64,000 bases of DNA from positions 17,422,001-17,486,000 of the forward strand of contig JBHGNT010000005.1 in assembly GCA_043228905.1 (NCBI GenBank), in the 5' to 3' direction. This document shows, in pieces, positions 25,002 through 39,120 of this stretch. Both the position numbers and the translations under genes were made by a program. Within the stretch, counting starts at the first letter, position 1. Each line of letters begins with the position of its first letter. This DNA is from Azolla caroliniana (lineage: Eukaryota > Plantae > Polypodiophyta). The notes beneath the pieces were generated by a model. That model was not told where the DNA came from, did no database searches, and saw nothing but the letters and a program-made list of their open reading frames with translations.

Positions 25002-27091
25002 ATAGATACTTCAATGTGTTAAAGAAAATTTCCACCGAGAATTGCAAGAAATAACATAGTTTTCTGCAACAAATCAACTACCAACTTACCTATCTTTTCT
25101 GTGTAAAACTTGCTTCAATGAGCCATTCACCATGTACTTTGTGACAATTGTTAGAGTTCCTCTAGGTCTATCTAGCACAACCCCATGAAATACAACATTT
25201 GGATAATGCAACTGACCTAGGAAAATTGTTTGTTTCCTTTGGTGGTTGGTGCATATAGCTACTTGGTGCTTACCAAGTATTACAAATTTATATTCAACTT
25301 TGGAGAGTTTGGATCATTCAATCGCTCCTTCAAAGGTATTGTTTGCATCCTAAAAGCTCTTCTATACGAGTGTTGGAGGGTTTCCAATAACATGAGATGA
25401 GATTAAGTATGTGATTTAGGACCCCTATTTCCATAAGCCATGCTGATTTTTCTACTTTACCATTACTTATTTTCCTTTCTAAATCTAGCAACGACCCAAA
25501 AATATATTTGTTTTTAAATGGTATTATTGCCCATAGGTATTATGTTGTTCTCTAAATAAACATGAATTCTTTTACTAAAATATTTCGTGGAATTTAATCT
25601 TTAAAGAATTAGCATTTCCTTAGATGAGGTACATGGTCACCATTTTAATCCATGTGAGCATCATTGTGAGGGATGTTGTGGATTGATCATACATGAAATC
25701 TACTTACAACTTTATTGTCACCTTGGGACTGACTTTGAGGTATTATGATTCTCAAAACATAGGGATGGAATCTGGAGAAAAAAAATATTACTTATTACTA
25801 AATCTTATGCACTCATCATCAATGATATACATCACTTGTTCACTTCAACGAAAATTACCTTGAAAGACTACAATAGTAAATGAGGCTTTCGATTTTCTAA
25901 AGATTGCCAGTAGTTCTCACTCAATAGAAATTTGGAATGGCTTAACATTTCTTCATATAATTAACTTCTAATATGTCTCATGTTTTTTCAGCTAAAATGA
26001 TTTATCAATCTTTTTTTTTCCAAAAACGAATATACCCCATTAGTTAAATATGATCTTTTGTACACAACTTAAGTCCCCTTATCAGGTAGTCCTTGCCTAA
26101 ATTATTCTATCATGCTTAGCTACTATATACCCTATGTTAATTGTATAAAATCTTGCCACCATACGTCTACTTACATTTGGGCGACATCTCATATTTATCT
26201 AACACTTTCGTATATGTCTCTATATCTATTTCTTAGCTATCCACGCATTATCCATACACTTCTCTATGTATCTCATCTCATTCACACCCCTCTTTCAACT
26301 AATGGGAGCAGGGGGGAACAACCATCTAGGTACCACATAATGTCATCATATATCCATTCCATTTTTTGTAACATTGCAACTTATCGTACTTCAAACAAAG
26401 GTGCTCATATCATTGCAAACAAATGAATCAATTATGTGATGTCTTCATGGCCTTTGTTGTCAAATTTGTACCAATAAAATAATGGAAGTTTTATTCAATT
26501 TCTTTAGTGTATGAATATGATTAAATTTTCACTAAGAAAACTAACCTCACTACCTAATGGAACCATCCTTTGGAATGCAAAAAACATTGCATTTCTATCC
26601 TAGGTTTAGTATCTCCTTATGGACAACAAGTAATGTATTGCTCAAATTTATCTCAAGTCTCCTCCTTGTCGAATATGCCCCCTAGAAAGTAACCTTGTAT
26701 GTATCTCCCACCTTGTGAGGTAATGCAATTTAGATTGTGAATCTAAAGAAGTAGCTTCATATGTCTTACGAAAATAAAATAGTGTAACCTTGTCTAAAAG
26801 CATATATATACCTGGATTCATAGATTGACATATTTGCATTCGTGGGTTTCCCATTCGAATGCATACGCATGCATGGTCAAGTATTTGTTTATCCCAAAAA
26901 AAGAAAATGGAGTCCAAGAACTCCCTCCTTTTTTACTTTACTAGGATAAAAAAAAAGGGACTTCAGTGTTCACAATAAAAAGGGACATTAAAAGAGAGAC
27001 TATAAAAAGGAACATTAAGAGGGACTTGACACTAATAAATTTTTATAATAAATATAAAAGTATTCGTTTTATTTTTAATAAATAAATAAAA

Positions 27092-27335
27092 GGGAAAAGT
27101 ACGAGGATACCCTTGGAAGTTCCAAATTTACTAAACTACCCCTATGTCCAAAAAATTACACTTTATAAAGTAATTATACACTCAAATCTACACACCCTAT
27201 TTACCAAAGATTTGAGTTTATAATTACTTTATAAAGTGTAATTTTTTGGACATAGGGATAGTTTGGTAAATTTGGAACTTCCAGGGGCATTCTGGTAAAT
27301 AGACGAACTTCCAGGGGTATCCTGGTACTTTTCCC
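27092..27335. mobile_element. Fold-back (Mutator-like) MITE
   Basis: GGGAAAAGTAC...GTACTTTTCCC ends. About 100-bp near-perfect inverted arms surround a short loop (~27190-27207). Flanks are A-rich, so the TSD is ambiguous. Confidence 0.8.
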
Positions 27336-29580
27336 AAAAATACAATAAAGGTTCATTAATTCCTCACTTTTTATTCTCTAAAAAATTATATATTTTTTTT
27401 ATTTTGATATTAAAAATTGGACTTCACACTAATCATATTTCTATAATAAATATACAAATATTCGTTTAAAAAAAAAAGAGTAATTAAAATAAAGGTTCAT
27501 AAACTTCCCCATTTTTTATTTGACACTATAAAAGAGACTTAATACTAATCATATGTATATAATCTATTAATGAATGATTGTTCTTTTTTTAGTGAATTAA
27601 ATTTATTTAAATAAAAAAATGAATGAATTAATATTTTATATATTTTTGTAAAACGAATGGTTTTATAATATTCTTGGGGCCATTTCGTATTCTCGAATAT
27701 TGAGAATATCACGCATGGAGAATATAACGAATATCACACATGTGTCAATCTATACTGGATTACTGAACATTGTGGTTAAGGAAGATGAACAGAACTAAAT
27801 AAGTTATGAGAACTTATTTCAAAGCAAGACTATATAAGATAAGAGACATGGATAATGGTTACTTTGAAGGGAATGAGACTTGAAGCTAAAACCTAAGGAG
27901 AACATATCCCAATGAAGCCTTGATTTTTAAAAGCCCATACTCGTTAGAGACGTTGAGATTTTCAATTAGAAGCCTTGATTATTAAAAGGCCATACTTGTT
28001 GAGCATTTGAATTAGAAAACCTAACAAAGTATATTCTACAGGAGAATGGGAGGTGCAACATTGTACTCGAAAGTCAAACATGACCTATGAGATGAAGAAA
28101 TTTGAAGTATGTTCTTGATTTGTGCATGTTAAACAATCAACATGTTAATATTCTCTCTCTCTATCTATCTATCTATATGTATGTATGTATATACATATGT
28201 AGAGAAAGATATTGCATTTACAACTAGTATAGATTCACATCATTATAGGGTGTCCTGTACTATAGTGTGGTGTAGTCTTTCGGGAATCCAAATACATTAT
28301 AAATGAGTAAGATGGTTTAATTTTAATGCTCAAACTATCATGACTTTATAAAGTTATGTCATGCCAAATGCTTTAGAAACTAAATATACTAGTATGACAA
28401 GACGTGCTCCGTTGTGACATGATCAAGTTATGGAAGACTCCTTGATTAGATTTTTTCAAAAAATTGATTGGGACCAAAAACATCGTGTACAAGCAAAATT
28501 AAAGGGTATACTCATGTTCGAAAAATAAATCAAAATAAATCTCTTGATGATCGAAATAATTATATAGATGTATAAAGCAAAAACAAAAAGGATAGTCTGA
28601 AATTCATATTTTCCACTTGAAATGATTATACAAATCTACAAACACACAAAAATATAAGGAAATTGCCAGCTTTTAGTTTCCACCGCACACAATAAAACAA
28701 CTACCTTGCGGATTGGCAGAGCTCCTTTGTACAAACTGAGTATTGTATGTAGCATCACTCACGAATCTATTGTATTCTCTCAAGGTTGCTTTCCTTTTCA
28801 AATGAATAGGTGATATATGCCATAGTGAATAGGTACATAACATCTATAATAAAGAGTGTGTTCGTAAGTCGATCCCCATCTTGAGCTTAAAAATTTGTAA
28901 CACTTTTAAGTAAGTCCCTAGATGCTTCTTGTATGGTTGGGTTGCAACTTCTTGTAATGATGCTCACATGGATTAGAATGATGAACATGTGTGTGTCTTG
29001 CTTAAGGAAATGCTAACGAGTTCTGTCGCAAAACTTCGAGCTTAAATGCTTAGGCAACTATCTATCATGTATTTAAATCTTAACTGTACAAAAAACATTT
29101 TAATAGGTTGTAGAACATTTGGGTCGAGCAACCTCGTTTATCATTATCTTCATGTATGGTCACATAGTACATTAAATAGAGACTTAAGAACACTTTCACA
29201 TTGCGCAAAATCCAGCTATATATATGAAATGTCTTAAAACTGCCACACCTCCATTACAATCTAAAATTTCATGAATTTATCTAGCTCTATCTATTTCACA
29301 AGGTAATAAGTAGAACGTGTTACCAATTTTGTTAGGTATGATTTGTAATACCCATATGTATTCCAATTGAGTTTCATAAACAACTAGAAATAATTTGTGT
29401 ACGTGAAATAATTTGATTTCCCTTTCTTTTCTTATAATATGCCCTCCAATATACGTTTTCTCTGTTTATAGGGCCAACATGTGTTCTAGATCAAATGACT
29501 GTATATTTACATGCTTAATTGCAAATACGAGAAAACCAAAAGCTTTACGCATATGAACATGGGAATGAGAAGGAGATGGG

Positions 29581-29619
<39 letters not shown>

Positions 29620-32600
29620 GAGTACATCTCAAGTGTTACATTGCTATGTCAAAACGAATATTTTAAACTCCGCTACTTTTGTTGGTCGTTACTTTCATTG
29701 AATTAAAATAATAAGTTTTCCTACAAATGAAAAAAGTAAACCTTGAAATTTTGATATAATTATTGTTGCCAATGAAAATGGGAATTAAGAACAATGAGTG
29801 CAAAAGCTCTATATATCAATGTAGTGTAGAATTGTCTATCTTGATAGTCCACTTACATGGCGCTCCACAATCCAAAAACTAGACGTTATATCTTTATCTT
29901 AAAGAACAAATCAAACATTTGCGAGGTAAGATTGAGGGAGAATATTTAAATTGACAAGCTTAAAGAACTAATATATTATAGCCCACATGATGGATGAGCG
30001 ATGGCTAGAGGTCGATATATCGTGTGAACACGAAAAGGGTGATATTTTAATCAATGAATGGCATCTCTTTACTCATGTATTATATACATTTGTAAAAAGT
30101 AGATATTGTGATTGATTTGAATTTTGAATGTATGGGAATGATCTTCTAGTGGGCAATATGTTTATACATGGTATAATACTACTGGATACATTTGAACACA
30201 TTTTATATTTCTGTTTTGGAGAAGATTCTTGGTCCTTCCAAACCACATAAAGTTAATGCTGTCAGGTTAAAATAGATTACTTATCAAGTTAAACTTTGTA
30301 TGGAATTTTTTTTATGAAATACTCTTTATCGATTCATTATTTCCTCAAATATGCTTACCATCGAAAGCTTAGTTATTTGGTCAATTCAGTCATAGTCTTT
30401 TCCTCAATTGCCCCTTCATGGTTTAATCATCACCCCTTGCTCTCTTTTGCAGGGTTTAATAGAGGGCATTCTGGGAAATAATGAAAACCCAGGGGCATTT
30501 CGGGAAATTAAGGAAAAGTAATGGGTATGTTTTTTCATTTTAGAATACAAATTTGGCCTATAGACTTGTCAAGGAGTGGGTTTGTATTAAATGCCCGAAG
30601 GAATTTGAATTGAAAGGATTTTTCTAATGGTTGAGAAAAAGTTTATTTGCAAGTCATCGAGGGTCGAGGGCCATATGTATTATATTTTCTTCTAGTTGGT
30701 GATTAGTTTGATGTTAAATACGCTTGTTGGGATCACCAATGTTTCAGTAGCTTCCACATGAAAATATGTATGCAATAACTTTAATATTATCCCTCGTTCC
30801 TATCACCTATTTAAGAAGCTAGTGTGAAAGTTTGAGAATCCATAAATAAGATTTCAAGACAAATTCTTCGCAAACCGCAAACATTTCTTCCAATTCACGC
30901 ATAAAACAATAGGAAATTATAAGGAGAAAACCCGTAAATGTATAAAATGTTGTATGAATTTTGCGCATTTCCTTTGAAAAGGTTCCCTTCATAACTAGAT
31001 TTGAATCCACAAATCAAAACTTTATAGTATATACAAGTGTGTTGATAGATGTGGGCCCATCAATCCCTTGGAAATGGATTAACTTTCATCGTAGTGTAGT
31101 GCCATGAAATCAAATCCTTTTATGGGCTTGCCAAGGAGGTATTCCACTAAGTTGCTTGGCTATCAGGCCTTGTAGTGCCATCACACGGTGTGGGCATTTC
31201 TCCACAATTTTCTATTTTTTTTTCCTTGTTTGAATATCTATGTAATAATTTTGAGTTTGTCTTCTATTTGTTCGTGCTTTGGAGATGCGTTTCAAGAGCC
31301 TTGAAAATCCATTGTACATCGAAAACACTCTCCTTCCAATTTTATCTCGTTCATTGTTTGAATGTCCATTTAATGATTCTGAGAGCTTGTACAATGCGTG
31401 CTAAGAGCTCCCCCGGAATCCTTTTAATCAATAATTGAGTGCACATATTTCAGAAAGAGCTTGATTAAATTTCTGAACTTGGATAAACATTGGACAATTC
31501 GGAACATCATTGAGACCAAAAGACACTGACTTTTGGCAATGTTCGCGAACAAAAAAAAACTAATAAACACTAGAGAATAACTTTTGTCTTCTCCCCTTAT
31601 AAAAGACAAGAGTAGTAGTATTATGTTTACTATAGTATCAAAACAAGGAATAAACCCAGGTAGCTAAAATAATAAAGGATTGTCCAAGAATTAAATCTTT
31701 GGAATCCAAGGAGAGAGGGAACCTGAGTACCAAGCGGTCACCGTTTTTATTGTTATCATTGAATACAATAGCATAGTGATTTGAAAAGCGATGATCCTAC
31801 CATGTTCATTAGTTTTTTTTTCTAAGGTGCAAGACTTTTTCAATACTAAATTAATAGTACATGGTTTACTAGTTCTAGTTTTAATTAGAAGCATTTCAAT
31901 GCTAAGCATTCACAAAAAGTTAAATAGAATTAATTATACTTGTCAAACACTCAACGTATTTTACATGATTCATTCTTAGGTTAGATCGTTACCTAGCCAC
32001 AACTCTATTATCCATCTTTCTATTAGGAGTGTAAATTATTAAAACATGATGCCAATAGGGGAAAACCCTTCTTGGCTTGTCCCTCCTCCTACTACTAATA
32101 GTAGTTACTACTACTAGATGAGTGAGGAATGCTTATATGCCAAGCCAAACCCTCTCAAATGCTTGCTTGCTTGCTTTATGTAAGACTAGTTCATTCTACT
32201 AGGCCTAACCTAGTGGAGAGCCATACTAAGGTTGTCAACTCAAGGGTTCACATATTTACTTTCACTCATCTTTGTTACACCATACATACATACATTCACA
32301 CATACCATAGTACATACCATCACTTTCTCTTAAAACCACATCCCGCGTAAGTTAGTGTATAGAACTAGTGACATGACAATCTCAAAAGCATGTCGAGAGA
32401 ACCATCTTGATTCTCAACTATGCATGGCCTGATTTGATTCTCTCACACACTCTCTCTATGCTCTGCCTTTGATCATATTCGACCATGCTTTCCACATCTC
32501 TTCGACCGAGCCCAATCCTTGCATGAATTCCTCTCACAACCACAATGTGCACTCTCGATTGCAACATTCATTGGTAAAGTTCGTGAACATCAAGAGTCAC

Positions 32601-32671
32601 TACTCACTTTCAAACGTGAAATGTAATATTTTTGGTCTCATAGTTCATATTTGACCTCCGAAGACGATAAT

Positions 32672-32716
<45 letters not shown>

Positions 32717-32968
32717 GTGATAATACAAGAAAGCAATCCCTTATCATCCCTACGTCAATAGTGAAGATCTTATATGGCAAGCTAAACCCTCGACAAGTGT
32801 AGTAGGACTAGCTAACATAGTGAAGGAAAATGACCAAATCAGTGTTCCGTAAGCCTACTGACATCTCTCCGTGTTTGTTCAATCCTCTCGACGGGCGTGG
32901 CCCTATCCGAGCACAAGAAGAAGAAGAAGAAGAAGAAGATATTCATGGCTTTTGGTTGTGACAAAGTT

Positions 32969-33008
<40 letters not shown>

Positions 33009-33009
33009 C

Positions 33010-33056
<47 letters not shown>

Positions 33057-33509
33057 GACACTGCTTTTTCCGTGCACAAATGAAGAGAGAAAAGAAAGCA
33101 GCTGTTCTTTTTTGTTTGCTCCTTTTGATGCATTTATGTATTTGAAGAGAGAAAAGCAGAGACAGGAAGAGAGAGAATAGAGAGGGAGGAAAAAGAGAGA
33201 GCAGCACCAGATTCCCTCTGACTGAGAGAGATGTGTCTGTGTCTGTGTGTGTTGTGAGCTGGATGGCATCAGCATCATCATGCTTCTTCTTTGCTTTTTG
33301 ACATTTGAGAACTGAAACAGAAACAGAAACAGAACAGAGCAGGGCATTCCATATGTACAATACAACTCTTTACATGTGTGTGGTTTTCTTAGAGGGAATA
33401 ATGGTGGAGTAAGAAGAAAGAGAGAAGAAAGAAGCAGAATAGGGTTGGATGGCATGTTGTGAGCATTAAAGAGTAAGAAAGAAGGAAGAAGGAAGAGGAA
33501 GAGTAACAA

Positions 33510-33609
33510 GAAGAAGAAAGAAAAGAAAGAAGAAGAAGAAGAAGAAGAAGAAGAAGAAGAAGAAGAAGAAGAAGAAGAAGAAGAAGAAGAAGAAGAAGAA
33601 GAAGAAGAA
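33510..33609. repeat. (GAA)n microsatellite immediately upstream of the glucanase start codon
   Basis: More than 25 near-contiguous GAA units ending 6 nt before ATG 33616. Confidence 0.95.
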
Positions 33610-33615
33610 GGTTCA

Positions 33616-35986
33616 ATGGCATGTTATGAGCATTTGATGCAGAGCCAGCTGCTGCTTTGCTTTTTCCTTCTACTTCTGCAAGGTAAGCACATCCTTTGCT
33701 CTTATGAGACACATGCACATACATTTAATCTATTTAGACATTCTATCCATGTCAATGACACATATTACACATATATAAGTGTGTTGATTTCTCTGTCTCT
33801 ATTTCTCTCTGTCTCTCTGTCTCTCTCTCTCTATATATATACCGAGAGAGAGAGAGATGCAATACTTGTGAAATGGGACCTGTATAAGCATTCATTACAT
33901 GTGAGTATCATATTATTCAATGTATATGCGTACACACACCTATTACATAATGCATGAAAAAAGAAATCAGAAACAACCATTACATAATGCATGTAAAAAA
34001 GAAAACAGAAACCAAAAATGAGACTCTGATTCCATGTATGTATGATGTATGAATGTTATGTTTGTGATATGATATGATATGTATGACATGAACAGCTTGG
34101 ATAGTCCGTGCGGGAGAGGTGGGCTTCTGCTATGGCCGCTTCGCAAACAACCTCCCATCGCCTCAAGATGTCGCGAGTTTCCTAGTTCAGAAATCCATCT
34201 CAAAAGTGAGGATCTTTGACAATGATCAAACAGTTATCCAAGCATTTGCAAACACCAACATAGAGCTTGTGATTGGGATTCCCAACGGAGATTTGCCTGA
34301 TTTCCAAACCGAGGCACAAGCCGATGAATGGGTTACCTCTTACTTAGCCCCCCTTGTTACTGCAACCAAAATCACAACCATTGCGGTAGGATCAGAAGTT
34401 GTAACAAATGACTTCAGCTCCTCGGCTCTCGTCATACCGGCCATGAAGAATATCCACACGGGGCTCACCAAGGCGAGCCTTTCGCAGATTCAAGTAACGA
34501 CAGCGAACTCGATGGCCATTCTTCAAGACTCATTCCCGCCTTCGGCGGCTGGTTTCAATAGTACCTTTGCAACCACATTCATGAAGCCATTACTGGATTT
34601 CTTGCGATCCGTTGGATCGTTCGTGATGATAAATGCATATCCGTACCTAGCATATACGAACGATCCTACCACAGTTCCTCTAGACTATGCTCTTTTCCAA
34701 GGAAACCAAGCTGTCGTAGACCCGAACACTACCTTGGAGTATACGAGTCTTTATGATGCTCAGCTGGATGCCCTCTACTTTGCAATGGAAAGGATGGGTC
34801 ATTCCGAGTTGAAGGTGGTTGTGAGCGAAACTGGTTGGCCGACAAAGGGTGATCCGGATGAGACAGGGGCAACTATACAGAATGCAAAGACTTACAACAA
34901 TTACCTTGTTGCGCGAGTAGTGAAAGGCGTAGGCACGCCGCATCGGCCCAACCAACCCATCGATGCTTACATCTTTTCTCTTTATAACGAGAACTTGAAA
35001 ACCGGGGCTGAGTCCGAGAGAAACTGGGGTGTGTATAACACCGATGGGACAAGTATTTATAGCTTGGATCTGACAGGGGAGAACACATCGGTAACTGTTC
35101 CGGCATCTCCACAGAGTAATACAACTACAACTACAACTACAACTACAACTAGCAGTAAAGGTAATAATGGTGGAGCATGGTGTATTGCAAAGTCTGGGGC
35201 TAGCAACACGAGTTTATCAGATGGTATCAATTGGGCATGCGGTCAAGGAAAGGCGAATTGCACGGCTATCCAACAAGGTCAAGTTTGTTATCAACCCAAT
35301 ACATTCCAAAACCATGCCTCTTATGCCTACAATAGCTACTTCTTTAGTACTGGTGGAAAAACAACTGCTTGTGATTTCAATGGTACTGCTACCATAACAA
35401 GCACCGACCCAAGTGAGTCATGGTTTCTCTGTTCCTCTCTCTCTCTTGACTCATTGGTCTTTCAAATTCCCTATAAAATCATGTCCACTCTTTGAGCCAT
35501 TTTGTGTAACTGACCACATTCCTTTTTTTGAGAGTGCAATACCCTTGTTTCTGTGTAATAATCTCGTTTCTTTTTGTATCATGTTTTGATCACAGGCTAT
35601 GGATCTTGCAAATTCTCTGCTTCCCAGTAAGTGTACTTATGGCGTTAAGTTTTAAGATTTAGGGTTTTAGTGTTTAGGGAGCCTTAGACAGTTTAGGGCT
35701 TTCTGATATCGAAGAATTAAACTGGAAATCGTGAACCATATGTTGGGTGGCGTCGGCCTGAACCCCTAAACCAATTGTTAGGGGTTAGCCCTTAAATCCT
35801 TGAGCATTTATGTAATACCATTGTGTTTCTTATTTTGCTTTGACATGTGTGCTGCACAGGTCGACATCGTTATCTAGCAGTAGTGGGAATGGTACTTCAA
35901 CAGCGCCATTCCCGGCATTCAGCAGCTGGGACTTCAGAATTTCCACTTCCATTCTCCTACTTTTGACACTCTTCTGCTGCAGTTAA
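33616..35986 (+). CDS. Glucan endo-1,3-beta-glucosidase: signal peptide, GH17, Thr-rich linker, X8/CBM43 domain and GPI signal
   Basis: Exons 33616-33682, 34096-35412, 35596-35626 and 35860-35986 splice in frame. Motifs: GFCYGRFANNLPSP, AVGSEV, FMINAYPY-like, VSETGWP, SERNWG; X8 WCIAK...WACG...C...CDFNGTA; Ser-rich then hydrophobic C-terminus ISTSILLLLTLFCCS*. Confidence 0.95.
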
Positions 35987-37923
35987 GTGTGTATGTTTCC
36001 CCCTCTTGATGAAAGACAACAAAAAAAAATTTGAGAGAAAACCCCATTTGTAACAAACAAAACAAGCTTATTAAGAGGCAAAAATTCATGTTGATGGATT
36101 GGATGGATCTCTTTAGTAGAAGATGATGTGAGATCCGTGTCGGAGAAAAAGGGTCTGATGGGCATTGATTTGTATATAATGAGATACTTGTTTCACATAC
36201 ACTGAATGTTAAAATTATCATGATCCAAGCCTTTTAAAACACATCCGAAAAATACACCTTAACATGCTTAGCATTGGGTTTATAGCAAACACATGGAAAA
36301 TCCTTGCTACTCTTTCCAACTATTTGTTATAGTAGCCATTAAAGCTATAATCATGATGTTTGTTTGTGATGGATGGTTTGACACTGACCATTCACACTTT
36401 ACATTATATCCTTTCAGGTGAGGAACTATATATGTTGTTAAGGATATCTGAAATTTGGGTCATCCTTGAGCATTGAATTGGGCAAATAAAGCCAGCAAAG
36501 GTTGTCTAATAATTTGCAATCAGAAATCATAGCAACTACATATCCTTTTTGTAGAAAACTAGGTGTTTGTACCAAGATAGCATTAACATCTCTCTTTTTG
36601 GTGCTTCTATTCAGCTTGGGTTTAACATAATAGGGATCAGACCCCAAGCAAGAATGTGTGAATAACCAAACAAAATAAGGGACGGGTGCCTTTTTGACAA
36701 TTACAAGCAAGTGGTTTGTGAATGCCAAGCAAGAATAGAACCTTTCTCGCTCAACGTGAACATAATCCTTCTTGCCCAATGAATCTTGGAACAATGCGCT
36801 CTTAGGAGTCACTAATCGATTTTGAGCTATTAAAAAGGATTGGGGAAATTTTGGCATACTCTATTAGCTCTAAACATGTGTCAATGCCAATTCAAATTGT
36901 TAATTCCCGTTTTGTCCTTCTTGGGTTGGTTTACCCAACATTAAACAAAAGTGTACTTTTAACTATTGACTTTATGAAATGTGGCAGTGGTAGACAATAC
37001 CAATGATTGCTTACTAATTAGATAGAGGAGCTACCAATATGAGCTAATTGACAAAGGAATGCCGCACAAAATAGAGCTCCCCTGAGAAGCCTTAGTATAA
37101 ACAATCCTACACTATTGAGGTCTACATCAACACATGGAATCATTGTGAAAAGAGGAAGAAGCATGTGTGGGAAAGTAAGAGAGACATCAACCATGGAGAA
37201 AAGAAGCACAATGGGGAGAAGGGGGAAGAGCTTTGTTGCATACATGTAGAGGAATTGGTGATCTACAATTTGGAAGGCTTCAACCCCCTCCTCATTTCAA
37301 TATAGGATGGTGAAGACCACGTAATCTTGGTGATCCATGGTTTGGAAGCCTTCTAGACTCCTATGAATTATGACCATGGGATGGAGGAGACGAGGTAACC
37401 TAAGCCTAAACCTTAAACTTGATAACCTAGGTATGAGGGGGCATTCATGAGGAGAGGTTTGTGGGTCCACAATTGGGAAACACCTCCTAGAAGTTCAACA
37501 CCATTAAAAGATGGAGACAACGTAGCCTAGTGACGACACTCTTCTTTGAGTTTGGGAAAAGGTTTCACACAATTATCCATGTAAAAAATCCCCATTAGCG
37601 AAATTGTGTATCATTAATTAACATATCTGTTGTTGCATGGGGTTGTAAGTTAAACTTATACGATCCATAAGCCAATGCCTTTTCACGCTATAACAACCCA
37701 ACTTATGTGAAGTCCTACAAACACATTAATGTAGAATATGTTGATCAACCTTTCAAACACATTATCAAATGGAGTTATACACTTTTTGGTGGAGTCTATA
37801 GTGAAACTAGGTTTTTACTCATTGATAATATACGCCATTGTAATATGTGACCCAATTCTTCCATAGAAATATAAAGCATTTAAAGTAACCCAATGTTGCA
37901 TTGCATTTGGGTTACTTTGTCAA

Positions 37924-38739
37924 TGTTGAGAGTCAAACCCAACTTCCCCAATGTAATGACTTTCACACTGGCAATGGACACACTAGGTTCATGCTAGTTT
38001 TGTAAATAGTAAAAAGGACAGTTGCCCTAAGTTTTTTGGGAAGAACCCATATTTATCCCACGTCCGGATATTTGGCTCGATTGCTTATGTACATATTCCC
38101 GACAAAAAGTGTCTGAAGCTCAATCCCAAGTTGGAGAAATGTATCCTCGTAGGGTACTTACTCGAACAAAAGGGGTACAAGTGTTATAATCCATCTACCC
38201 AAAAAGTTTGAGTGAGTCGGGACATCGTTTTCGACGATTCGACATCATGGTACAAACCAGAGTCGACACCGATCCCAATCGACCCGATTTCGGTCGACCA
38301 AGAGATAGAAGACGTCGGTTGACCGAGGCATACAATAGAACAAAACCTGATTACAACTAGGCTTAGTGGGCCACAAGAGCCTTCGAGTGACCGAAGCACA
38401 TCTCGACTAAGTTTGAAGATGGAAGGCCAAAATGCCGAAGTACGAAGATCTGGACGACAACGAATCAACTCACTCACTCGATAGTGAGTTCGAAAGCCTT
38501 GATTCTCCGATTATGTGGACGAATGGAGTTTAAAAGAAATCCATAGCTATCGCAAATGAGAAACTTCGTCGTTCCACCCGAGAGAAAAACCTGATCAATC
38601 GACTCAGTTACGATGACTACATGGAATATCATCATGCCTTTATGATGAAGGTGGCGACAATCCGAGAACCAGAAATTTTTTCCGAGGCAACCAAGGATCC
38701 ACGATGGGTCGAAGTTATGAACGAGGAGATGTAGGCGCT
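37924..38739 (+). mobile_element. Copia relic: LTR start fused by deletion to the integrase C-terminus and RT start
   Basis: TGTTGAGAGTCAAACCCAACTTCCCC LTR start (same family as 39121-39373 and 44478-44770), then KCILVGY...YNPS...DIVFD and DPRWVEVMNEE. Confidence 0.75.
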
Positions 38740-39120
38740 TGTTGGCCGGAGTATGATCCGGAGGATAAATGTGGAAAGGGACGAGTCAAATATTATAACT
38801 AGATTAATTAGAAATATTATTGGAACGGACGGATCCGGAATAGTTGTACTGATCTAGATCAATGTATTTAATAATAGAAGTAATACAAGTTTGAGCGTTC
38901 TACTTTAATTCTATTGTCTGTCTTGCTTACTTGCCGTTTTACGCTTTCATTCATAATCTTACATGTGTTTTCATTAATCGGTTGTGTATTAATCATCCGG
39001 AGAGTATCCGGAAAATACCTGGATTGGAATAGGATAACATCATTCCCTTAACCACCCTTTGGTGAAGTGTCCGGAATGGACACCCCTGTGTTTGTGGCTA
39101 TGTCCAGCCCAGAGTAAACA
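38740..39120 (+). mobile_element. Gypsy-type LTR related to 201-642
   Basis: TGTTGGCCGG...GAGTAAACA; the 3' part ACCACCCTTTGGTGAAGTGTCC is shared with the reverse complement of 201-270. No TSD. Confidence 0.7.

Noticed and set aside
25100-25900. Possible very old retroelement pol remnant
   Set aside because: No motif could be read with confidence.
32839-33724. Several 110-190-aa minus-strand ORFs
   Set aside because: Products of (CT)n, (CA)n and (GAA)n microsatellites.
36438-36857. 139-aa minus-strand ORF
   Set aside because: No recognisable domain or splice context; probably decayed repeat DNA.
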